From NCBI RefSeq assembly GCF_003704095.1, contig NW_020845038.1, forward strand, positions 1 to 64,000: a stretch of DNA of 64,000 bases, read 5' to 3'. This document shows positions 28,711 through 40,538 of this stretch, one piece after another. The stretch's first letter is position 1, and the number at the start of each line of letters is the position of its first letter. The notes under the pieces are model-generated. The model saw only the letters and a program-made list of their open reading frames with translations, did not search any database and was not told the origin of the DNA. The translations under genes were made by a program, and so were the position numbers. Origin of the DNA: Pocillopora damicornis. Taxonomy: Eukaryota.

Positions 28711-29469
28711 GTATTCGGTTAGATCGCACCATGGTTAGATCGTTCCCAATTAGATCGCTCCGACCAAAAGTTGGATCGCTCCACTCGAAAGCTAGATCGC
28801 TCCATCAAATAAGTAACTTCGTTACCAACATGAGTTACTTCGCTCCATGCAAGTTGTAAAGCGAAGTATTACCAATGATCTTTTAAGTCTATAAGTGATG
28901 ATGTTTCTTGCGACGATTCGAGTACATCGTATTCACTCTGTCCTTCAGATTAGTCACCGAGCTGCCGATGTATGATGTATAGCGATGATGGAATAAATGG
29001 TCGTGGAATAAATTATAACGTTATAGTCTGAAGTGTATTGAAAAAGATCATTCAAATACCAATACTGTCCAGTGTGGCCTTTTTTGCTGTTTGATGTGAG
29101 GAAACTGATATCCGCCATCTTCAATTAATAAGGTGGATTACACTTCGTGAGTCCCTTTCATAAGGCTTTATTTTTTCTTTCTGCGTAGCTCGCATTTAAT
29201 TTAAGCGCGCGCGAGCGATATTAATCGATTGTTCGGTAAGATATGCACGTCATTCAATGAACTATCAATTTAGATACCTTAGTTTTGTTACCTTTACCTT
29301 AGTTTTCTACATGGAGCGAAGTAACTTATGCTGGGGGCGAAGTCACTTATTTGATGGAGTGATCTAACTTTCGAGTGGAGTGATCTAACTTTCGAGTGGA
29401 GCGATCTAACTTTTGGTTGAAGCGATCTAACTGGGAGCGATCTAACCATGGTGCGATCTAACCGTAATT
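28711..29469. mobile_element. Non-autonomous DNA transposon with ~140-160-bp TIRs and a 10-bp TSD (Mutator-like)
   Basis: Left TIR CGGTTAGATCGCACCATGGTTAGATCG... mirrors the right ...CGATCTAACCATGGTGCGATCTAACCG; TIRs are built of AGATCGCTCC subrepeats. AATATGTGGG flanks both sides (28701-28710 and 29470-29479). Confidence 0.85.
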
Positions 29470-30121
29470 AATATGTGGGATGCGGTAAGTTTCTGTTTTA
29501 ATTTTCATGCAAGACAAATATTCCGCAACACTACCTTCTAGCGTCATAACGCAACCTTTACTTCTTTCAATGTTATAAGATCGCTCCATCAAATTTACTT
29601 TTTCAATGTTATAAAAATTACGCTACATCAGTTACCAAATGCAGTCTCACGCCTAATTTCTTCATTTGCCTTCGCTCGCGTAAAGCTTGATTAAATAGAG
29701 GAAGAGTAACGAACGATTTTCAGCTGTTTCGCAACAACCTCAGCGAAAGTGGGTGGTCTGGCTTCATCTGTGTTGGCTGCACAGAAAATTGAATCTGATT
29801 TTGTCTTCAGTTCAAGTCTATTACTACAAAGATGAGGTATCTAACAAGAGATGTTTAAGCTTGGTCCTTTCGACCATAGTCCCCTCGATTAACTATGTTT
29901 CGACATTTACAACATTTTTTGCAGATAACATTAACTGAATACAACTTTTATTGTGATACTTATTTACAGGAAAGAAAACTGCTAAAATTTCCATGATTTC
30001 TTCGACACGGTTTAAACTAAAGCATGGGCTGTATATCTATAAAAACGAACAGCAATGAAGAGTTTCCTTTGCCATCCAACTGTACAAAATTTTTATCGTT
30101 GATTGGATCTTCCCCGCTTGT

Positions 30122-33100
30122 CTAATCAATCTGTGGATTGTTCTTGAACAAATACTCAGCCTAAAATAAAAGTAAGAAAAAAAAGAAAGAAAGATGTGTC
30201 ATTGAGACAAAACAAAATAAATCCCCACGACCGATCAGATCAAAGGGAAATGTCGCGATTCATTGATTCATTTGGCATCTGATTGGTTAGGAATTTGACA
30301 CGTGGTCCTTAATCACTGACTGATTACAAACGCAGAGAAGCAAAACTAATACAAGTTTGGAATACATACTCAGTGACACTATATCTGGCTCAGAACTTAC
30401 CAAGTAATCGACTGGATCATCAGGGCGCATTTTACAGCATTCTATGAGGCCTTGGGCCAGTGTCGGCATAACGTGCTTCATGAGATAGTTCCTCAGGGGA
30501 ATGGACTGGTTTTCTAATAACTCCTGTTCCTGACGTTTCACTTCTGACAATTGGACACGCTAAAAAAAATCCATTACTTAAAACTAAGTAATTCCGGGCT
30601 GTGGAGGAGTTTTTTAGAGGTACGATGCTAGTGTAAGCTCAACCACTGGCATATGCAGATGAACATTTTTCGAGTAGGCCGTCATTATGAGTCGGCTTCA
30701 ATACAAGCGTGTCTTCGCACACGAATAAGTTTGAGGCCTTTAGTAACACGAGTCGGTATGAGGTCTGTAAGTGATATAGCACTGATGCATATTACTATTG
30801 CCAGGCTCCCGGTAGACCTTCCCTCGACTTGTCTTAAATCTTCCGCGTTCGGTGTTACACTCGTCGTGCAGCGTTGGTAAAGAAGGCCAGTTCGCAAACG
30901 AGCAGACAAAGTAAGCGAAAACGAAAAGGTGGGAAGGGGACTTGTGTAATCATAATTAAATTCTCACCGCTAGGAGGAGCTTTCTTGTGCACGTGACTGG
31001 CACATAACTATCTCCTTATGTTAGTTAAGCAAGGGTAACTTTCTCACTTGACTGACAACGACGTACATGTAAATGTCCCAGTCTTAAAGCTAAATACAAA
31101 AAAAACATCAACAACAGTTATAACTCGTACCCATTCTTCCTCCCGTCGTTGTCTCTCAGCCGCTTCTTCTGCATCTCGTTTTTCACGTTCTTCTCGTGCT
31201 TTTCGTTCCTTTTCAAGCTGCACGAACAAAAAAAAAAAGAAAAAGAGACTGAATTTTAACAATATTGTAAACTCCCCCTTGAAAAGACTGCAGTCCCACT
31301 CTAAAAATTCAACCACTGCATTAACATAAAGAGCGCAAAAGTACAACTGCTGCGAGAACATGTAAAGTGGTTGCCATAGTAATTGACAATACGTTCACCC
31401 TTTCTTCTCAATAGATTTAATTTCTCCAAAGGCACTCAAAATGTGAACAACGTACCCGCTTCTCTGTTTCAATTCTTTCCATCTCTGCCAACTCTTCTGG
31501 TGTTGGACCTAAATAACAATAATAATAAAAACAATAATGCAATAAACATAAGGACAAATGAAGTAATGCTTCACTGTTGGTCTTGTGTAAACTCCTATGC
31601 AGTTTATATTTCTGTGCCCACATAGTTGCCTAAGCTTTTCACCCTTACATCAGTATGCATATTCTCTATACTGTCCACCGTACATTCCCTAGGGTGCTGA
31701 TAAGGAGAATTTGTTTGACAATCAAGAACTTCGAATCCTTAGGTTGGTTATCATTTCCTTTATTCTCATGACCTTGATGTTTGATTCAGATGTGATATTG
31801 AAGAGAGAAATAAGATATTGGTCACTCTAAGGGGTCTCGAGTAAAACTACTGTTTCTCTCCCTGAATGGCATACTTATCCATCGCAAGTTACCCCCAGCC
31901 CCTCCTCCCCTAAAGGAAGTTTGTCACGCTTCAATAACAATTCACCGTCATCAAATTTCTGATTCCATAAAAAATATTCCACAAAGAATTACTATTTTCT
32001 GATTTCTATCCTATATTTTTCATTTAGGATGATTTCACAGTTATGTTCTTACCATAATTTCTTGGCGTTCCCATCAGCTTTTTGATCTGCTCCACTACTT
32101 TGGTCATTTTTCTTGTTTTATCCAGAGTTATGTCTAGCAAAGGATTAAGTTTTTGATGGTAAATGAGAGCGAAAAACTTATCTTCAGTACTGTACAACCG
32201 TTATTTATTTGTGTCCTATTCATTTTAGCAGTAATCAACTCCAGAAGGCATGTATTGTTTGAAACGTGTTGGCTAAATGCCTGCTAACTCTTGAACTTCG
32301 ACGATCTGATTATCAATCCTCTAAACTTGCCTATACATTTCTTTTAAAATAAAAAAATAGAATTTAGTATCAGATCAAGAAATCAACCCTTTAATTCATA
32401 TTTTTTTTCTATCAGATCTTCTCCACAAGAAATACATTGTACATAGATTGTGAATAGAACTCCACTTTATTATTTACGACAAGGTGAATACTGCACTTCT
32501 CAAGTTAAATATTTCAACGTCTTTCCTTGAGACAACATACTATGATCGACTCACCGATGTGGTCTGGGTGGATTTCCAATTCATCAAAATAATTCAATAC
32601 TGTCTCGTCCTCGGTGTTTGTAGCGCGAAACTCAGCCAGTCGCCGCATCAAACCTTAAATTGCACGGGGAAAAACAAACCGTAAGAAAAAAAAAATAGTT
32701 GAAAAGTCCTTACGGCAAACAGAAATAAAACATAATCAATTCTTCGTTTACTAGATAACTTGGTAAAAGTGGAAAACAATGATTTTCGGGTCTCTTCTCT
32801 TGTTGCCACCTCATGTTAGAGCGCTTTTCGATCGAGTGTTGCATTATTAAAATCAAAGTTATCACAAAGGCCAACAGAAGAAAGGAAAGTGCCCTCAAGA
32901 GCCAATGAGAACTCAGAATAAAACCAACCAAACTTCCTAAAGCGCGGGAAAACGCGGGCGAACAAGTCGTGATTGGTTTTAATTTTGCACCTGATTGGTT
33001 GAGAGAGGGGCGCGAGTTTCTGGACCAATCATGGAGCGAGGTACAGCAAATCAAAACAATCCCGGATTACTTAAGACACTCAATTGAAAATTGCTTAATT

Positions 33101-36100
33101 CTTTGATCCGATAGGGATACTTAATTCTAGTTTCCACGGTGGTACCTTCCGTACCTACTACGGTCGTTCTGAGGCGAATTAAAACTACCTCATTGGCGAA
33201 TTTACCCCACAAATGAGCGCAACTGTGCAACAAAATTGCAACCTTACTATATAGCCAACGCGCACTTAGCTTTTTTTCTTAGCTGTTATTATCTCACCTT
33301 CCTCTGTATTGTGTGTACCGGCGACGACACTTTCAGGTAAGTTCATCACTCTGGTTTTTAAGAATTCGTCTGGGGCATCAAGTGAAACCACCACCTCTGC
33401 ATAGACGAAAAGAAAAAAAAAATCTCGCTCAGCATAAGACACCACTAACCAGGTTAAATTTGGTAAATAGACAGTTGTGCTGGTTTGCCTTTCTCCCCTA
33501 TCCCGCGAATGGGGCGGAAAAATTCCAGACCGTGGCAAACATTGTTCAAAGCGGGACCAATTACGAGCGCGAGATTTGATAAGCCGGTAAGATTTAAGGA
33601 TTTAAGATCCCTTCCCGCTGAGATGCTTCAATGACCGAGCCCAAATTTGGTATGTTTCTTAATACATTTATGCCGCTCACTTTACCTGGCATGATGAGTT
33701 TGTCGTAACTGAGTGGTGAGTCCTCCTCGCCTTCTTCTCCCTCTTCAGCTGAAAAAAAAAAAAAACAGAACAAGAATGTTGAGTGTTCTATAATTGACGA
33801 GTGTCGTAAAAAACAATACCCAAGTAGTCCAACGGTCAACCAGAATAAAGGGGAATGTCACAACGAGCCAACAGAAATTCAAAGTGACACCATATAAACT
33901 GAATGAACCGCGGGAAAACGCTAGCGACGAAGACATGTTTGGTCTCAGTCGTGCATTCGATTGGTTGAGAGGGTAGCACGGGATTTCTAGACCAATCACG
34001 GAGCATGGCTAGAAAATCCAATGCAATCACTCGGTTGAAAATTGTTCTGGCCAACAAAAAACACCAGTTTACATAAAAATACAGTTATGGCTGAGAAAAT
34101 GGATTGAAAAAGGTCTTGGGAGGGTTGTGCGTAGACTTGTCAATAATAAAAAAAAAGCTGAGGTAAGAAGCCAAAAGTAAAAGATATCTCCCTTATAATA
34201 ATAGAGTTTTGTAAAGGTTTATTGTGAGTTTGCCAAATTACGTTGATTGCTGTTCTGGTACATTCAGCGATATAATGAAATTTTGAATGACTGTTGCAAT
34301 GCAGAAAATTGTTTTCACTCACAAGGAAATCAAGAAATAAAAATTTCCCAAGGCGAGCAAACAATCAAAAGAAAAAAAAATTACACGAAGGAGGATGATT
34401 TGAGATGAAGGATTTCAAGTTAATACAAGCGCCTTGAAAGAATGGCATCAGCTCCTGAGAGGCACTTTTAGCTGCATTCTTAACAAACAACAAGTATTGC
34501 AGACATGAAGTGCTAAGACAAGATATATTTCCTAATTCAGGCTATACCTGCAAATAACTCTTTGGCTTGTTCATATGTTTTTGGGTATCCATCCAGGATA
34601 AAACCCTAGTTATAACAGAAAACGACATTAGCAGGTGATCGAAACAAGAAACAAATTAAAACAAATGAAAGCAACAGTTGTTAGTGAAAACTGTAAGTAG
34701 GATACCATAGGGTGGGTAGAATTGATTATTTGACTACTTGGGTGCGATGTAAGTCTATCGGACCACATCTCTAACTTTTGTAAGGGAAGTTCATACAGCT
34801 AGACACACAATGTAATACAACGAACCTGGTTTTGACAAGGCATGGAATGCAATTTGTCTTTGTAGAACCTGATTATGTACTGATCTTCATAACGAGCTGA
34901 GCGGAAAGACGAAAAAAAAATGAAAATTAGTTTCATACAACAAACCAACGAAAAAAAAGGGAGAAACTCTAAACAATGATTTATTGTGCACTCCTGAGCC
35001 ATCATCCCGATGAATTTTTTTCATTGCGTTCTCATAGCCTGCTTAAGAGCGTCTTCTTCTTTCGTTTTGTTTGCGTTTTTCGTCGAGCAGAGGCAAGCAC
35101 GAGGCGCGCGCAAAGGGCATGTCATGCGCGAGAGGACGACTGTTGACTCGCCTTTCGAATGCGCTTACTCCTTGACTAATCCCCTCCATTATGTCGAGTA
35201 GAATCAAGACGAGGCGCGCGCGCCGTACACGTCATGCATTGATCCCCACCATACAGTGTCGAGCAAAATCAAGCAGGAGGGATGCGTCATGTGCGAGAGG
35301 ACGACCGTTTGACTCGCATTTCGCACGTGCCTCGCACGCCTTCTTGACTTATCCCCGTCATTATTCGCTCTCCGCTTTTTCGCATTTCCANNNNNNNNNN
35401 NNNNNNNNNNNNNNNNNNNNNNNNNNNNNNNNNNNNNNNNNNNNNNNNNNNNNNNNNNNNNNNNNNNNNNNNNNNNNNNNNNNNNNNNNNAAAAATTACA
35501 ATGTTACAGATGAACATATATGATTTCCATGAAGCCTTGACCTTACCAGTTTATCCACAGCTTCGTCAATCACATCTTGAATTTTGATGTGATGAAGTTT
35601 GTAGTGTTCACAAAGCTGTTTGATAACCAGAGTTTTTCCTGATGCAGGGGGGCCAATGATGCATGCCCTGAGAGGCTAAAATGCAAATTGAAATATAATC
35701 TGAGATTCAGCAAACTTTCCGGTACAGCAATGATACAAATGACACTGAATTGTTAAAAAAAATGCAATGTTGGCTCTACAAATCCTTCTAGGAAGATAAT
35801 AAATAATGGTAACAGGACTGAGTGGAGTCCAATTCTGTCTGTAACTATACAAGTGATTATTAAAAAAGACCCAGAGTTCAGCTCACTAACCATTTGGACA
35901 CTGTATCTCCTACATGAAAGTACTTACATGTAAATTAATTGTATATGTGCAAGAGACCTTACCAAAAGTCCCCTTGTTTCTTTATACTCTTTAATGACAC
36001 CATCAATGTTCTCTGTAAGTCCAGTCTGTGGATTTAATAAATGGGAAATCTTAACACTTCTAAGTTCCTGGTAATATATGTATGTTTCTACATCTTTATA

Positions 36101-39100
36101 GATGGTTGATCCATTGTTGTGTAATTCAGGCAGATTGCTTCTCTGTACATAACTCTCTTAGCTAACTAAGAGCCACTCTACAGCCACCCTCCTAATCTCC
36201 AAAAGAAAATCAGGAATTGATATTCTTTTGGAGGGTAGGGGGATTTTGAGAGTTAATCCTTCAAATCTGTCATTCTCCTTACTGTCAAACATACAATTCT
36301 TATAATGTTAGTTCTAAGAATTTAGGATTATCTCAACTGATTCTCCCCAAATTAATATTTTTCTTTATTCTCATAACTCATCTGGTTGATATTGTATTGA
36401 TATTGTAAGGAGAAATTATGTCTTGATCACACATGGGGGTTAAAGGGTTAAGAGAAAAAAGAGTGAGAAGAAAAGATATCAAGACAAGAACCTTTACTAA
36501 AAACATCAAAGTTGCATACATGTGTAGCGACTTTGCTTCTCTTAATAGAAAGAGGAATACCATTTATCAGCACTGGTATAATATTGTAAGGAGAAATTCT
36601 GTCTTGGTCACTAATGGAAGTTAGAGGCTTATAAAGGTTACATGAATATTTCTTACTTCTGACACCCAGTTGATATTCATTCCCTCTTTTATGTAAGTGG
36701 CATCCATTCTCAGATTGACTAGGAGCAAGTCAAAGTCAGCTTGCTTCAAAAGGAAGGAAATTAAAATAATATTAATTAAATAATAATTACTAGCACTTAA
36801 ATCAACAAAAAATTGTTCACAGTAGCAAAAAAAATTCATGTGAAAAAACGTGATTATAATACCTCAAGTTCTTTAATAAGAAGTGCTTCCTCCTTTGTGA
36901 TGTTCTTTACTCTTCCATTTCCAAGGTGTAAACTAACAGCCTGAAACAATGCATCAAACAATTTAAAAATAACTACCTACCATTACTTTTTTCTCTCTAA
37001 AGTCATATGATGATGAAAAAAAAACCAGTTATTATAATAACAATAACAAAAATGGCTCTTTTGTCCACTTTTCCATGGTAAAATCAGAAAGTGGAAAATT
37101 GGTTTTGAGAAGGGGAGGAGGTAACCAAGGGAACCAGAGAAAAACTCTCAGAACAAGGACAAGGCCCATCAACAAACTCAACCTGCCTCTGATGCCAAGT
37201 CTAAGAATCAAACCCTAATGGTAAGTTCCCATTTCCTCATTTCCTCAATCCTCATAGTAATTACTCAGAGGTCATATATGAACCAAAATGGAACAAAAAA
37301 TGACTCGACAAAAAACTACGCAAACAACAGTTACCTTGACAATTTCTTCAAGAGTGTTCTTAGACTCATCCACTGCCACCAGATAGCGTACTTTGGGATT
37401 CTGATCACAAATATTCACAATTACTGCTGCCAGGTCTTTGATGTGGATGGTGGGTACAATATTTTGGCCATTGCCAAAACACTGCAATGCAGGTGCCTGA
37501 CCATGCCATGCTGTTTTAAACAGAAAGTGAAAGATGTCCTCTCCTGATCCATATGTTAAACCTGCTGCCACAACGTAAGTGATAAACTTGGACTTGTTTG
37601 TTTTTCCATGTTTGATGACAAGCTTCTCTGCACTGATGTGGGATTTGAAGTTTGGATGGGCTCTCCTGCGGCGGTAGTCATCCTCCGTGAATGATATCTC
37701 TGGGTCATCCTGTGTGAATGCAAATGAAAAATTATTACTGAAAATTAACATATTGTCATTATTTCCTTCACGATTTTGCAAGAATATCATGGTCTCCAAG
37801 GTGAAAAACAAAACATCACAACCAAGAAATAGATTGTGTGGTCAATAGTCCATTTTACAGTTGTGTGCTTGGTTGCCAAGCCTTTGAACAGGAATGAGGC
37901 TAAGGGTGACCTTGTTATGATACAAACCTTGCTGCTTTTCAAATGCAAATTACTTTGTTATCATGCTAACTAGATACTGGTCTCTATCACAACAAGGTCA
38001 CCTTCAGCCTCACTCCAAATCAAAGGCTTGGCAACTAAGTAAACAACTGTAAAATGGCCTATTAGTTGACAGGAAACTTTGAATTTGTACAATGAATATA
38101 GTAGTGCCAAGGGAAACAGTGAACTTCCTTTGGGTAGAGTGTACATTTTTTTTAAGTTTGTACTTTTCTTGAAGGTTTCAATTAAATTGTAAAAGAATAA
38201 GAGCAAGACAACCATGAAAACTCACAGGATCAAGTGGTTTGCTTCTTGCCCATGTCATCACAGTTGATAAACAAATGAATACTTTCAATGTGTTAAAATT
38301 CTCCAGTTCTGCATGAAGGGCTGCAAAAGGATCATATATATGACACTATGAATGCTTCATTCCCAAAGTTTTGAAAGAGTTTTCTTCTAACTTAAATAAC
38401 AATGAATTTCTTGAATAACTTAATTGAGTGTTGTGAATTTGATGACATATCTAAATACACCAAAGATCAATTTGATAATTTTCTTAATTCTTATTTTCTG
38501 TGTGATAAAAGTTCTAAAATTATTAGGATAATTAAACTGCTGATCACTTCTGAAGGAAAAGGGTTAAGCTAAATTATTCAGAGGCAATGTAAGTCATCTG
38601 AGCAGTTTTAGATTGAATTAAGGATGACAACTTTTTGTTCTACAGATGCTGCTCAATTTCTGGTACTTCAAATAAGATTACTGATTTAAAAGAAGATGAG
38701 AGTGGTCATTGTAGTTATGAACACCACTAAAGGAGTGATGAAAACAAAACTTGAAAGAAAAAAAAATAAGGCCTGTACAGAAGTTGAACCCAAGACTGGC
38801 TGTTTAAAACCTAGATAACTTGTTTTAATCACCTGAGTTGATAATGTACATTGACCAATATAAAATGTTTTTGAAGCTGACAATTAGTGTTAGTCCCTGG
38901 TCATTTGCTCTGAAAGTAATAAAACTACCAAGGCAGCATTTTGACAGAGCTGTGGTACAGTACCACAGCTCTGTCAAAAACTAACCCTCTTTATCCATTC
39001 ACTGTTTAAAACTTAGCTGGGCTGAATTTTAATTCAATTGATTGAAGGTTAGTCAGAAAAAAAAACATGAATAATGTAGAAACCAATCCCCTGCCTAGCC

Positions 39101-40397
39101 CCAATCCATGTGGCTATCCCTATGAGTTTGACCTTCGTGCAGATCATGCAAATAAGAGGTGTGAGCTTGAGTTGAAAAAATTATCAAGAGTATGTTCTTA
39201 AGCCAGCTGTACTCCAAAGTTGTCTCATAAATTGCCCTTTCATAGAGTGTTTTGCATTTCCTATGTTATTCATAATTCCTATGTTTTTTGTATTTCCAGT
39301 GTTATTCACATATTATTTCCAATCTTGTAATTGTTCTGTTCTTGATGAGTAAAGAAATTAAACTCCACATAAATTTATTGCTGGTGCATTGGTTACAAAT
39401 GAAAAATTACCTGACACAGCCCAAGTAGCCTCATCTACCTGATCAGGACTCCCAGTTATGTCATACACAATAATGTCGCACTCCAGTAGATGGGGAAGCA
39501 GATCTTCTTTTGTATTGTACTGCAGAGTAAACATGAGAGTTATCCACTGAAATCACTTTACAGGTCAGGCCCCAGTTGTTGAAAGGGTGGATAAAGCTTT
39601 CTACTGGATAAACCACTATCCGCTGAATAACGCATTACGTCTTCTTGACACTTATCCGCTGATTACCCTCCTTTTATGTCAGTCAATGTCAGATAACTCC
39701 ACAGTATAGTCTGATCATTTAACTTAACAGATGATAAGATGGACAGATCACAGAAGTATACATAGATCCAAAAGTGTAATAAAACATAAATCATTATGAC
39801 TGAAAGTTAATTAGCAAGGTTTTAGCTAAGAAATAAGGCTGACGTCAATTCATATATACCTCGAAGACTTCATCAACCCACTTTGGTTTGTTTTGCGTTG
39901 GATCCTGTAAAGTACCAACTACTTTGTAACAATTTTCCTTTGGAATTTGGGGCTGTCCACTAGCTTGAGACTCATCATCATTAACTTCATCTTCTTCTGC
40001 TGTAGCACCAACCACAGACTCTGTCAATATCTATGAAAAGTAAAGAAAGATATCAAGACTAAATTAAAGCTACGGGGATTGATTGGAAACTCGACTGGTA
40101 AAAAAAAACAAAAATTTTTTTCCAAACTAAAGCGCTTATTCATAAGCAGAAAACCTGCACCACAACACATCTAAGTCAGATCTGTTTGATAAAAGGACCA
40201 AAGAGTTCTGTGTCTTAAAATCCAGAGTTGAGTTGCTGCTCCAGATGCTTCAAGTTCCGGTTCTTCAGACGAAACAGATATAGCAACAGCATGTCCCTCA
40301 CCTTGCTTATACTTTTTCCAGTATATAAATCCACATGATTCACAAATACTAGTGTCCTTTTAGGATTCTCTCCATCTACGTTCGGTAGGTCCGCCAT
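30122..40397 (-). CDS. AK7: Adenylate kinase 7 (N-terminal Rossmann-like domain, AK domain, C-terminal Dpy-30 motif); one exon probably lies in the gap
   Basis: About 19 visible exons from 40302-40397 ([27 protein letters not shown]) to 30122-30160 ([12 protein letters not shown]). [15 protein letters not shown]; P-loop [10 protein letters not shown] at about 35635-35665; [11 protein letters not shown]; [33 protein letters not shown] (Dpy-30). Confidence 0.93.
30664..30968 (+). ncRNA. Candidate structured non-coding RNA of unknown class, antisense within an AK7 intron
   Basis: About ten mutually compatible stems found by eye; seven contain G.U pairs that work only on the + strand. No known-family consensus recognised. 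Confidence 0.4.
38939..38979. repeat. Perfect 20-bp-arm inverted repeat with a 1-nt spacer
   Basis: TTTTGACAGAGCTGTGGTAC-A-GTACCACAGCTCTGTCAAAA. Confidence 0.9.
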
Positions 40398-40538
40398 TTT
40401 TGCTCTTTTTGCTTTTCTCCCCGAGAAACGTTGCTATGGAAATTGAGCGGATGAAACCTGGGGAGAGCTTCCCATGATTCTACTCGCCCCACCCCTTCAC
40501 TCGTAAATTTCACAATAAGTGAGTTACAACAACTGTAG
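40398..40538. promoter_or_regulatory. Bidirectional promoter AK7/senju-like with an RFX X-box-like site (40430-40443)
   Basis: Divergent ATGs are 141 bp apart. GTTGCTATGGAAAT matches the X-box GTYNCYATRGNAAC except at the last base. CCGCCATTTT (YY1-like) overlaps the AK7 ATG. Confidence 0.65.

Noticed and set aside
28716-28850. AGATCGCTCC repeats as a CRISPR-like array
   Set aside because: Units are short, mirrored at the other end as a TIR, and flanked by a TSD; eukaryotic context with no cas genes.
30620-31045. Telomerase RNA, RNase P/MRP, 7SL or H/ACA identity for the structured segment
   Set aside because: No CTAACCCT template; no correctly spaced P4 CR-I/CR-V pair; only loose resemblance to SRP helix 8; the minus-strand hairpin-ACA lacks a proper H box and conflicts with the + strand G.U bias.
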